From Candidatus Giovannonibacteria bacterium RIFCSPHIGHO2_01_FULL_45_24 (GTDB lineage: Bacteria > Patescibacteriota > Minisyncoccia > UBA11713 > 2-01-FULL-45-33), in NCBI GenBank assembly GCA_001778495.1, contig MFHE01000010.1, forward strand, positions 1 to 53,291: a DNA stretch of 53,291 nucleotides. Direction: 5' to 3'. The position numbers and the translations under genes are program-made. Every line of letters begins with the position of its first letter. Positions within the stretch are counted from its first letter, which is position 1. Below, in pieces: positions 8,363 to 16,884 of this stretch. The notes under the pieces were generated by a model. The model had not been told where the DNA came from. It was given only the letters and a program-made list of their open reading frames with translations, and ran no database searches.

Positions 8363-9043
8363 CTAGACCGGCGAGGTCGGGCAGATGTCCAAAAGATGAA
8401 TTTTAGATTTGGCTTTCTCGCGGTTTTGTCGGCTTCTCATTTCTCGATTAAAATCAATTATTTTGTAAGTTAGCCCGAACCAATCTTTTTTGGAAAACCA
8501 CTTCATTAAATCCTGCTCAATTTTTTTGGGGTCGTGCTCAAACGAAAGCGCGCAGTAATTGGCGAACTGGCGCACGTGCGTGTCCACCGCGATACCCTCA
8601 ACGACGCCGTAGACGTTGCCCAAAACAATGTTCGCGGTTTTGCGCGCGACTCCGCGGAGCTTCAGCATATCGGCCATAGTGCGCGGCAATTTTCCGCCAA
8701 AATCTTTTTTGATAATTTTAGCGGAAGTGATAACGCTTTTGGCCTTGGCGCGGTAAAATCCGGTTGATTTTATTTCCTGTTCAAATGTTTTTAAATTCGC
8801 GTTCGCGAAATCATCAACGCTTCTGTATTTCCTGAAAAGTTTTTCCGTCACTTCGTTTACTTTTTTATCCGTGCATTGAGCGGACAAAATCACCGCGACC
8901 AAAAGCTGGATATTGTTTCCGTATTTGAGAGCAATATTTGCTTTGGGATACGCCTTTCTTAAGCGCCTCAAAATCTCCGCCGCCCTTTTCTGGCGCGCTT
9001 CAAAACTCTCTTTTTTGGCATCCTCCATAGTAAAACTCCGCAT
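8363..9043 (-). CDS. nth: Endonuclease III (HhH-GPD glycosylase) lacking the canonical FeS motif
   Basis: LLVAVILSAQCTD, GFYRAKA, LRGVARKTAN, IAVDTHV. Confidence 0.92.
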   Translation of the reverse strand: MRSFTMEDAKKESFEARQKRAAEILRRLRKAYPKANIALKYGNNIQLLVAVILSAQCTDKKVNEVTEKLFRKYRSVDDFANANLKTFEQEIKSTGFYRAKAKSVITSAKIIKKDFGGKLPRTMADMLKLRGVARKTANIVLGNVYGVVEGIAVDTHVRQFANYCALSFEHDPKKIEQDLMKWFSKKDWFGLTYKIIDFNREMRSRQNREKAKSKIHLLDICPTSPV

Positions 9044-9084
9044 TAGACATATTTTAAGCTAAATTTGTTTAATTAAAATAGTGC

Positions 9085-9126
9085 TTGACAAAAATTTAAA
9101 ATTATGCTAGCTTCGCATCAGGAGGT
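9085..9126 (+). promoter_or_regulatory. Sigma70 promoter plus SD for the gene at 9132
   Basis: TTGACA-N17-TAGCTT with TG extension; AGGAGGT at 9120-9126. Confidence 0.7.
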
Positions 9127-9131
9127 GTGAA

Positions 9132-9875
9132 ATGAAGAAAACCGCATCGGTTCTGATAGCACTTTTATTGCTGATTGGTTCTGTTGCTTCGGCTGCGGAG
9201 GCCGGAGATTTTGAGACATCTATCAATTTTACTTGGTATTCGCAGTATGTCGGGGGTGGTGGGTTTCGGCCGCACAAGCATCCCGTCCTGCAGGAAGAGG
9301 CCCTGGTTCGACACTTGCCGACCGGGTACTACGCCGGCATCTGGCTCTCGCAGAGTCCGAACGGCAGAATCGATTTTGGCGAGGAGGAAAACTACTATTT
9401 CGGTAAGGTTTTCCGCATCCATAAAGTAGAGTTTGACCTCCAAGCCAATTTTATAGAGGTCTCCAAGCTCGGCGATCTGATCGATTTCACCGTGCGAATT
9501 TCCGCGCCGGAGGTGACGCCCTTATATTGGAAAACCGAATACCTCGTTGGGACCTCCAAAAGAAGCCCGGAGGGCGGGTTTTTCCATAAACTGGGCGCCG
9601 CAAAGACATATTCCCTACCGTTCGGATTCCACGAGCAACCCGTGGTTCTTGACGCTTTCATTGGCGCCACTAATGGCGCCGTGGGAATAAACCATGGCAT
9701 AACCCATACTGCCGTAAGCGCTGCGTTCCCGATTGAGCTTGGGAAGGGCATATCCCTGACCCCGAAGTTCACTTACCAGTACACATTCGGGGGATTCAAT
9801 GATGGGAAAGCCGGACACCTCAACAACCAGCCCCATATGAAGTGGGGCGGGGTAACTCTAACATACCGTTTTTGA
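9132..9875 (+). CDS. Secreted beta-barrel-like protein resembling TorF/Gcw_chp putative porins
   Basis: Signal peptide ending ASA; SQY..G, PVLQ, GYYAGIWLS, E.NYYFG; alternating beta strands; C-terminal TLTYRF. Confidence 0.6.
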   Translation: MKKTASVLIALLLLIGSVASAAEAGDFETSINFTWYSQYVGGGGFRPHKHPVLQEEALVRHLPTGYYAGIWLSQSPNGRIDFGEEENYYFGKVFRIHKVEFDLQANFIEVSKLGDLIDFTVRISAPEVTPLYWKTEYLVGTSKRSPEGGFFHKLGAAKTYSLPFGFHEQPVVLDAFIGATNGAVGINHGITHTAVSAAFPIELGKGISLTPKFTYQYTFGGFNDGKAGHLNNQPHMKWGGVTLTYRF

Positions 9876-9888
9876 CCCCGGCAAGTTC

Positions 9889-9918
9889 TCGGGCTGTCCT
9901 CTGGCAGCCCGATTTTTT
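9889..9918 (+). terminator. Intrinsic terminator
   Basis: TCGGGCTGTC-CTCT-GGCAGCCCGA then TTTTTT. Confidence 0.8.
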
Positions 9919-9930
9919 ATCTTTTAGGGT

Positions 9931-10158
9931 TTACTGCGCGAGTTCTTTTTCTATGTCCGAAAGCTCGGCGTCAAGGTTATTCAAATCAGTGGCGTTGAGG
10001 TCCGCCTCTATGGATTGGGTCGTGTCCGACGGCGGAAAAATTCCGTAATCGCCTGTTTCCACAGGAGCGTAGCTTAAGTAGTAAACCAAAAACGCGGCGA
10101 CAACCAAAACTGCTATGATTCCCGCTACCCACCAGCCCAAATGTCTATTTTCTTCCAT
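9931..10158 (-). CDS. Small single-pass membrane protein with acidic helical tail
   Basis: One TM segment, then SDTTQSIEADLNATDLNNLDAELSDIE. Confidence 0.75.
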   Translation of the reverse strand: MEENRHLGWWVAGIIAVLVVAAFLVYYLSYAPVETGDYGIFPPSDTTQSIEADLNATDLNNLDAELSDIEKELAQ

Positions 10159-10170
10159 ATGCTTTAAATT

Positions 10171-10788
10171 TTATCTTGAAGAAGTTGAAGTGGCCTCGTT
10201 GCCGAGCCGCAATCCTTTAATTGAATTTACCACGCCAACCAACGCCCGGTGCGCTTCTTTTATTTTTTGCGCCACGCCCTGCACTAAAGTTTTTACTTGC
10301 CTGAACGATTCTTTGGGGTTTTGGCTGTTAGTCATCTCTTTAAACTTCGCTTTCGCGTCGCTTAACGCCGTTTCAGCGGCGGAGATTTTATCCCGCGCGG
10401 ATTTCAACTGGTCTTTTATTTTGGAAACATCGTGGCCCGCCTCTTCCGATTTTTGGAGGCGCGACTCAATTCGGTCAGCCAAGCCGTTTAGGCGGTCAAT
10501 GGCGTTTTCAAACTTCCGAACCATCTGATTGAAAAATTGCTCAATCCTTTTTGCTCTTTCCTCGCCGACTCTTTTTTTCAGGGCGTTTATTCTTTGCTCT
10601 GCTTCTTTTTTGAAAGTTTCGCGCTTTGTTTTGGCCTCAAGCATCTGGGTCTGCCGCTTTTGTTGGGCTTCCTGCTTAATATTTTGGCGCTCCACGCGCA
10701 CATTTGCGTTTTCTTCCGCAAAAACCAAAATTGGCGCTATCAGCATAGCCCCGGTTATTAAAACGTGTTTTAAGTGCGGTTTAGCCAT
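10171..10788 (-). CDS. Secreted coiled-coil protein
   Basis: Signal peptide ending VFA; long charged helical region. Confidence 0.75.
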   Translation of the reverse strand: MAKPHLKHVLITGAMLIAPILVFAEENANVRVERQNIKQEAQQKRQTQMLEAKTKRETFKKEAEQRINALKKRVGEERAKRIEQFFNQMVRKFENAIDRLNGLADRIESRLQKSEEAGHDVSKIKDQLKSARDKISAAETALSDAKAKFKEMTNSQNPKESFRQVKTLVQGVAQKIKEAHRALVGVVNSIKGLRLGNEATSTSSR

Positions 10789-10855
10789 ATTTTGAGTGGT
10801 CTATTAATTATAGCATATCTTTAAAAAATAAAAGGGGGCATCTGTGGAAAACCAC

Positions 10856-12073
10856 TTATTCATACCTCAATGCTTCTATCGGATTAAGCGAGGCGGCGCG
10901 GCGAGCGGGGTAATATCCGAAAATAATTCCGATGGCCGCCGACACCCCAAAGGCCAAAACGATTGATGAAAAAGAAACTTGCGTGACAATCCCGGCGAAT
11001 TGCGAAACGGCCAAAGCAATAAGCCACCCGAGAACGACTCCGAAAAAACCTCCCAAAAAAGTCAATGCGACCGCCTCGGCTAAAAATTGCATGTTGATAT
11101 CGCGCGACTTCGCGCCTATGGCTTTTCGGAGCCCGATTTCCCGCGTCCGCTCGGTAACCGTAGTCAGCATCATATTCATAATGCCGATACCGCCGACGAC
11201 CAAAGAAATCCCAGCGATGGAAGCCAGAAAAATAGTGAAAGTGTCCGTAACCTCCGTGAGCGCGCCCAAAATATCCGCCTGCGAAACGATTGAAAAATCC
11301 GGCGCCTCGGGGTCCACTCTGTGCTTCAGAGAAAGCCGATAGGCCGCTTCGTCCTGCGCCTGCTGCATTTCGTCTTTATTCCTGACGCTTACCGCGATGG
11401 TGGAAAGGTAATCCACACCGGCGAGAATTTTTTGCATGGTGGAAAGCGGAACGAATATAGTATCGTCGGGGTTGAAAAACCCGGCGCTGCCCTTCGTTTC
11501 TAAAACCCCAATAACGCGGAAGTTGGCTTTGTTCACGCGGATCGGCTTGCCAACGGGGTCTTCTTCCCCGAAAAGGTCTTTAGCCACCGTCGGACCAAGC
11601 GCGGCCACGCGCCCGAGGTTTCTTAACTGCGCTTCGGTTATAAACGAGCCGCTCCGGAGCGCGATGTTTCGAACAACTAGATATTCCGGAGTCGTGCCGA
11701 TGACGGTGGAGTTGGTATTGTTTCCGGAGGGCGAGGTTATCTGGAATCTTCTGTTAAACTCCGGCGCGACCTCGGCGACGCCCGGCATTTCCCGCAATAC
11801 TTCAATGTCTTCGTTTTTTAAAGTCTGCGCCGCGCCCCGGCCGGAGGAAACTATGCCGCGCCCCGGCTGGATGAAACCCGGAATTATGGTGAGCAGGTTG
11901 GAACCCAAGCCCTCAATGCTCGTTTGAATCGTCCCCTGCGCACCCTGGCCGATAGAAACCATGGCGATAACCGAACCGATTCCTATGACAATCCCAAGCA
12001 TAGTGAGCCCGGACCTCGCTTTGTTCGCGGAAAGCGCCGTGTATGTTTCCTGGAATAAATCTTTGGCGGTCAT
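10856..12073 (-). CDS. ABC transporter permease (MacB/FtsX family)
   Basis: RSGLTMLGIVIG, GGIGIMNMML..VTERTREIGLRKAIGA, PARRAA.LNPIEALRYE. Confidence 0.95.
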   Translation of the reverse strand: MTAKDLFQETYTALSANKARSGLTMLGIVIGIGSVIAMVSIGQGAQGTIQTSIEGLGSNLLTIIPGFIQPGRGIVSSGRGAAQTLKNEDIEVLREMPGVAEVAPEFNRRFQITSPSGNNTNSTVIGTTPEYLVVRNIALRSGSFITEAQLRNLGRVAALGPTVAKDLFGEEDPVGKPIRVNKANFRVIGVLETKGSAGFFNPDDTIFVPLSTMQKILAGVDYLSTIAVSVRNKDEMQQAQDEAAYRLSLKHRVDPEAPDFSIVSQADILGALTEVTDTFTIFLASIAGISLVVGGIGIMNMMLTTVTERTREIGLRKAIGAKSRDINMQFLAEAVALTFLGGFFGVVLGWLIALAVSQFAGIVTQVSFSSIVLAFGVSAAIGIIFGYYPARRAASLNPIEALRYE

Positions 12074-12798
12074 TGGGAAATGGCGCTGCTAACAATGCGG
12101 CGATTGCTATTTTCGCTGTCTGAAACCACCTCGCCGTCTTTAATGCTGATAATCCGCCCGGCGTGCTCGGCAACGTATGATTCGTGGGTGATAAGAATTA
12201 TCGTGCGGCCCTCTCCGGAATACAGTTTTTGAAAAGTTGCCAGAATAATTTCGCCGGTTTTAGTGTCAAGATTGCCGGTCGGCTCATCCGCCAAAATAAG
12301 CGAGGGGTTATTTACAAGCGCCCGTGCGATGGCCACTCTTTGCATCATTCCGCCGGAAAGCTGGTTGGAACGGTGCTGCCAGAAACTTTCAGGAAAAGCG
12401 GCGGCCAAAAGCGCCTCCTTGGCGCGGCTTTCCCTTTCGGCCTTTTTCACCCCGGCGTAAACAAGAGGCAGAGAAACGTTTCTTAAAACGGTCGCCCTGG
12501 GGAGCAAATTAAACGCTTGGAAAACAAAGCCAATTTTCTCCCGCCTAATATCGGCAAGTTCGTTGTCCGACAATTCCGAGATATCTTTCTGGTCCAAAAA
12601 ATATTTTCCGTCGGAAGGAGTATCCAAACAGCCAATAATATGCATCAAAGTGGATTTGCCGGAACCGGAAGGGCCGGTAATCGCGACAAACTCTCCGTCT
12701 TTTATGGAAAACGAAATATTTTTCAGCGCTTCTGTTTCCGCTCCGCCGACAAGCGGGCCGCTTTTGTAGATTTTACTGATATTTTTAAGCTCAATCAT
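12070..12798 (-). CDS. ABC transporter ATP-binding protein (MacB/LolD-like)
   Basis: [35 protein letters not shown]. Confidence 0.95.
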   Translation of the reverse strand: MIELKNISKIYKSGPLVGGAETEALKNISFSIKDGEFVAITGPSGSGKSTLMHIIGCLDTPSDGKYFLDQKDISELSDNELADIRREKIGFVFQAFNLLPRATVLRNVSLPLVYAGVKKAERESRAKEALLAAAFPESFWQHRSNQLSGGMMQRVAIARALVNNPSLILADEPTGNLDTKTGEIILATFQKLYSGEGRTIILITHESYVAEHAGRIISIKDGEVVSDSENSNRRIVSSAISQ

Positions 12799-12799
12799 A

Positions 12800-14485
12800 T
12801 CAGCGCTGAATACGGACGCCGCCTCCTCCCTGGCCCGGGAGGCCGGGGATACGGAAACTGGAATTTTGCCTTGCGGTTTCCGTTTCTGAAACGCCGGACG
12901 TTACTACGCGCGTCACAACGGCGTCGCTATCGTTCAGTCCGCTTATTATTTCCGTATCGCTGTCGTTTGAGAGTCCCACCTCAACATTTTGCCGCCGCGG
13001 CGCTGCTGCTCCCCAGGACATAATTTCAACATACGACGCTCCGCCCTCCTGTTTGACGGCTGAATTTGGGACAATAAGCGCGCCTGATTTAACATCGGTG
13101 ATAATCGCCGCGGACACGCTCATTGACGGCTTAATTCTTTCGTCCCCGCCCGCCGGACGGGCAGGCTCGCCGTCAAAAGCGATTTTTACCATATAGGTAA
13201 CAACGCCCTGCGAAATTTCGCCCACGGAATCAATGGACGCGACCTCGCCGGCGATGGCCAGCCCCGGAACGGCGTCAAAAGTCAGCGTCGCTTTCTGGCC
13301 GACTTTGATTTTCGCCATGTCAACCTCGTTTAAAGAAATCTCTGCAACTTTCTGGCGCGTAATCAAAGTTGCCGCAACGAGCGAAGGCGAGACAGCATCG
13401 CCTTTTTTAACATTGACCTTGGCGACAAGTCCCGCAAACGGCGCGCTGACAAAATAGTCCGAAAGTTTTTCCTTGGCGTCCAGCAAAGCGTTTTCGCGCT
13501 GCCTGACCGCGAGTTCCTGCGTTTTTACGTCCAAATCGGCGTTTGACACAGCGTCTTTGTAATTTTTTATCTGGTTTTTTATGTTAAGCAGAGCTGCTAT
13601 GTGGGTATTGGTTTTATCGGTGTAGGCGTCCAGTTGCGAGAGATGCGTGTCCGCCAAAGAATTGGGCTTTAAGTCTCTTTCAGTAAGCCGGTCTTTGTAA
13701 AATTGAATAAAGTTGTTGGCAAATTTTACGGCGTCCGATAAATTAATCGCCGCGCCGTAAGTCTCGTCTATCAGCGTCTCAATTTCCGCCCGCTTCGCTT
13801 CGCGGCCGGACACGCGGTAATCGTCAAAATTTTTGTCGTAGGCGGCTCTGGCTTTTTGGTAGCTGGCGTTGGCTGAATCCTTGTAATCCAGCGAGCGCAA
13901 ATCGTAATTTTTTACCGCGTCGGCGTAGTAGTTCATGTTACTCTGGCTGCCTGAAAAATGCATTCCGAAAAGGACTTCTTTAAGGCCGGTTATCGCGGCC
14001 GGCAAATCCAAAAAGGCGTTAGACACGGCCGTAAAGCCATCGTCATACGCTTTTTTCAGGTCATCCTCGGCGTTTTGCTTGTTCCGCGGCACAGCCGCGC
14101 CGGCGGGGCCGCGCAGTTTTTCCAAGGCGATTCTCGCGCTCTCTAAATTAACTCCGGCGTCGCGCACGGCTTTTTCGGCATCTCTTGCGTCAAGTTGTAT
14201 AATCAGCGCGCTCGCGCCAATCTCCCTCCCTTCAACCGGCGCGACGTAAACCGCATCCCCCGAAACTTTTGATTTCACATCCAACTGATTGGAAGCGGAA
14301 ACCTGCCCGGAGCCGCTGACGGAGACGGTAATCATCCCGCGCTTTACTGCCTCCGTCACATAAGCAGTTTCGCCTCCGCCGCCGGAAAAATACCGATAGC
14401 CAAAATAGCCCGCAACCATCAGTGCGAGCGCGGCGATGCCAGCCCAAAGTTTTCTCTTTGCGATTTTTTTAAAAAAATTTCGCAT
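12800..14485 (-). CDS. Efflux membrane-fusion (MacA-like) adaptor with long helical insert
   Basis: N-terminal TM; VSGSGQV, APFAGLV, GVVTY.V, VPNSAV, VGLSND..EIISGL. Confidence 0.9.
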   Translation of the reverse strand: MRNFFKKIAKRKLWAGIAALALMVAGYFGYRYFSGGGGETAYVTEAVKRGMITVSVSGSGQVSASNQLDVKSKVSGDAVYVAPVEGREIGASALIIQLDARDAEKAVRDAGVNLESARIALEKLRGPAGAAVPRNKQNAEDDLKKAYDDGFTAVSNAFLDLPAAITGLKEVLFGMHFSGSQSNMNYYADAVKNYDLRSLDYKDSANASYQKARAAYDKNFDDYRVSGREAKRAEIETLIDETYGAAINLSDAVKFANNFIQFYKDRLTERDLKPNSLADTHLSQLDAYTDKTNTHIAALLNIKNQIKNYKDAVSNADLDVKTQELAVRQRENALLDAKEKLSDYFVSAPFAGLVAKVNVKKGDAVSPSLVAATLITRQKVAEISLNEVDMAKIKVGQKATLTFDAVPGLAIAGEVASIDSVGEISQGVVTYMVKIAFDGEPARPAGGDERIKPSMSVSAAIITDVKSGALIVPNSAVKQEGGASYVEIMSWGAAAPRRQNVEVGLSNDSDTEIISGLNDSDAVVTRVVTSGVSETETARQNSSFRIPGLPGQGGGGVRIQR

Positions 14486-14518
14486 AATGCTCCGTTCAGC
14501 ATAGCCCAAGCCGGTTTT

Positions 14519-14845
14519 TTATTCAAATCTCCGCCATTCGGTTTTCTTGCCCCGGCGCAGGTCATCAGCCATCGCAAGCTCGTCATAAATCCCGTCAATC
14601 AGCGCGTAATTTTTTGCTTCTTCTAAACTTACCCACGCAAATTCATCACATTCTGTTTCTTGAAGCTTAACCTCGCCGGATTTCCAATCCGCCATACAGG
14701 AAATCACAAGCCTGCCGCCCGGAACCGTCCATAAGTTCGGCCAGCGCTTTTTATTCGGAGAGCGTTTGGTAATCAGATATTTCCCGTTTTTCACGATGAT
14801 CGCGGTGATTGCAACTTCATGAAGATATTGGTTTTGTGAGTCCAT
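14519..14845 (-). pseudogene. NUDIX hydrolase with the Nudix box apparently deleted in frame
   Basis: KYLITKRS..K...NLWTVPGGRL is joined directly to VISC...ECDEFAWVS; no REUxEE motif. Confidence 0.65.
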
Positions 14846-14848
14846 ATA

Positions 14849-14902
14849 TTGACATTATATCAAATAATTGCTAGCATCAGAATAGTCTAGTTTTTGAGGA
14901 GG
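14849..14902 (+). promoter_or_regulatory. Sigma70 promoter plus SD for the gene at 14912
   Basis: TTGACA-N17-TAGCAT with TG extension; GAGGAGG at 14896-14902. Confidence 0.7.
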
Positions 14903-14911
14903 GAACAAAAA

Positions 14912-15097
14912 ATGGCAGGATGTGACGTAGATCCGTACGGCATTGTTGGCGCGCAGCGAAAAAGTGAACATTGCTCGGACGGGACTGAAACCGCTATAGG
15001 GCACAATCTCCCAAAATCAATAAAATGGGAATGCAGTTGCGGCAAGATTATAGAAGAAGAAATTAATAAGCCCCCAGATTTACCACCGGCCGCCTAG
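14912..15097 (+). CDS. Small Cys/His-containing hypothetical protein, 61 aa
   Basis: ATG after a strong SD; C, HC and WECSCG residues; terminator at 15090-15119. Confidence 0.6.
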   Translation: MAGCDVDPYGIVGAQRKSEHCSDGTETAIGHNLPKSIKWECSCGKIIEEEINKPPDLPPAA

Positions 15098-15117
15098 ACC
15101 AACCTAGAGCGGTTTTT

Positions 15118-15144
15118 TTATTTCCCATGACACTTTTTATATTT
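15118..15144 (-). repeat. Stranded secA-like 3' tail 3 (KYKKCHGK-stop)
   Basis: Minus strand AAA TAT AAA AAG TGT CAT GGG AAA TAA. Confidence 0.85.
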
Positions 15145-15472
15145 TCATTCGGGAGGCGGAGGCGAATTGTAGGAAGTATTTTTCCAAATCCTCAAGCGAA
15201 CTTTTGTATTCCCGACCGCCCGAGATCGCGTCGCAAAAAACTTCTCTAGCCCGGGCAATTTCTATAAGCCGGCCGCGCCAGCGTTTATCCTCCAGCGTTA
15301 AATCAAAAAGCTCAAGCGCCCGTTCCACTGCACCATCATACAATTTTTTATCTTTTGCCTGCCAATTGTCCGCCCGCGACACCTCGCTGCCGATATTTCC
15401 CAGCTGCTCCGCGAGCGAAAACCGCGACCATCCGCCGCTCGCGAGTTCTTTATGATAAATAAAATTTCTCAT
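15137..15472 (-). CDS. Conserved hypothetical helical protein
   Basis: W...SLAEQLGNIGSEVSRA...RALEL.DLT...EIARARE; start overlaps the stop of the upstream gene. Confidence 0.75.
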   Translation of the reverse strand: MRNFIYHKELASGGWSRFSLAEQLGNIGSEVSRADNWQAKDKKLYDGAVERALELFDLTLEDKRWRGRLIEIARAREVFCDAISGGREYKSSLEDLEKYFLQFASASRMKI

Positions 15473-15819
15473 GGCTTAATCAATTTATGCACAATCGTCG
15501 TGATTTGCTCCCGAACGGCCAGATTCTCAACTTCCCGGGAGCGGTTCCCGAAAGCCGGCTTTATATTAACCATGGAGTTAAACTCAATAAACTCATCGCC
15601 GGATTTTTCCGTGTATAAGTTTATTCCCCAAGTGTTTTCGCGCTCCGAACCCTCATGCTCTACGAGCGATACTTCTTCGTCCGCGTGCAGCTCTCCGCCG
15701 ACTGCCATGACTCCAAACCGAATATCAACCACTGCTTTCACAACATTTCCGAACCCCGCTTTGGCAATTTCTCTAAGCTCGTCCTTGTTTATTGGTTCTT
15801 TAACTATCTTTATATCCAT
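15469..15819 (-). CDS. DUF5674-like protein
   Basis: VKAVVDI, GGELHAD.E, WGINLY, IEFNSMVNIKP...NRSR. Confidence 0.7.
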   Translation of the reverse strand: MDIKIVKEPINKDELREIAKAGFGNVVKAVVDIRFGVMAVGGELHADEEVSLVEHEGSERENTWGINLYTEKSGDEFIEFNSMVNIKPAFGNRSREVENLAVREQITTIVHKLIKP

Positions 15820-15840
15820 AATTTTAAATTATAACAAAAT

Positions 15841-15867
15841 TCACTTCCCATGGCATTTTTTATACTT
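15841..15867 (-). repeat. Stranded secA-like 3' tail 2 (KYKKCHGK-stop)
   Basis: Minus strand AAG TAT AAA AAA TGC CAT GGG AAG TGA. Confidence 0.85.
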
Positions 15868-16421
15868 TATTCACTAGCCCACGGGGCTATTTTCAATTTC
15901 GGCCATTTTTCCAGCCACTTCTTATACTTCACCCTTTCCTTCACCTTACTAATATCAGCAAATTTCGGACTGGGGCGGATAATTAAATTAACCAAATCAC
16001 TAATGCCATAAGGGGCAACCAACTTTAACTTTCCATTCTTTAATCTAACCCCGATAGCTGTAACTGTTTCCGGCCACTGGGATAGTGCGTCCTCGGTAGA
16101 TTTGTATGGGGGTAAATTATTCCATTTATGCGCATAGGCCTCATTCACTACTTCCCATTCAATCCCAGTTTCTTTCTTTAGCCTTTCTGACAATTCCTCA
16201 TCTGCTTTTTGATCGTTACCATTTGGGTCGTAATAAACTAAATCTATATCGGCCGTATCAACTTTCGGTTTATTATATCCGTGCAAATGATCCCAAACCT
16301 TATTCCTTACAAATCCCGCACCCACGATCCAATCCGGCAAATCAAGCTTTTTGGCAATATACAGAATTTTCATCATCCATTTATCCTTGCTTATTAGGTT
16401 AAGAATGTCTTGCTCGGTCAT
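15867..16421 (-). CDS. Nucleotidyltransferase family protein (DUF925/NTP_transf_6-like)
   Basis: AGFVRNKVWD, DIDLVYYD, WEVVNEA, WPETVTAIGV, APYGISDL, KWPKL. Confidence 0.85.
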   Translation of the reverse strand: MTEQDILNLISKDKWMMKILYIAKKLDLPDWIVGAGFVRNKVWDHLHGYNKPKVDTADIDLVYYDPNGNDQKADEELSERLKKETGIEWEVVNEAYAHKWNNLPPYKSTEDALSQWPETVTAIGVRLKNGKLKLVAPYGISDLVNLIIRPSPKFADISKVKERVKYKKWLEKWPKLKIAPWASE

Positions 16422-16433
16422 ATAATTTTGCCT

Positions 16434-16454
16434 TCATTGCCCATGACACCTTTT
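16434..16454 (-). repeat. Stranded secA-like 3' tail 1 (KRCHGQ-stop)
   Basis: Minus strand AAA AGG TGT CAT GGG CAA TGA. Confidence 0.75.
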
Positions 16455-16460
16455 GATGCG

Positions 16461-16883
16461 CTATATAAATAGGAAAGCCGTGATTAATCCAATAATAGCC
16501 CCTGTAGCAATTTCAAAAAGAGTATGACCACTGAATTCATAAAGTTTTCGATCAATTACTATTTTTCTTAACTCATCGTCTTTGCTTTTAATTATGTATG
16601 ATTCCCATACTCCTTGCCGTTTTTTATCTTCCAAAAGACCATAAACTAAAATCAACGAAACAATAAATGCAAAGCCAAAAATTGCATTAAATCCGCTATT
16701 CAGCCATACAAGATACAACGAGCTCGCAATAAGAGCGCTATGACTACTGGGAAATTTTGCTACCCAAAAACCTTCCCATAAAATACTGCCCTTCGCCAAT
16801 TTTCCGCCATGCCAAAAATAAATGATAAATTTTATTACTTGGCACACCGCAACGGATAGTAATGGAATTAAAACAAACTTCAT
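16461..16883 (-). CDS. Divergent PAP2 family (DUF212-like) membrane protein
   Basis: Q.IK, FPSSHSA, E.SGHT..EI..G. Confidence 0.85.
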   Translation of the reverse strand: MKFVLIPLLSVAVCQVIKFIIYFWHGGKLAKGSILWEGFWVAKFPSSHSALIASSLYLVWLNSGFNAIFGFAFIVSLILVYGLLEDKKRQGVWESYIIKSKDDELRKIVIDRKLYEFSGHTLFEIATGAIIGLITAFLFI

Positions 16884-16884
16884 T

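Noticed and set aside
15118..16454. attC sites of a classical integron
   Set aside because: The repeats lack RYYYAAC/GTTRRRY boxes and hairpin structure, translate as SecA tails, and no tyrosine integrase is present.
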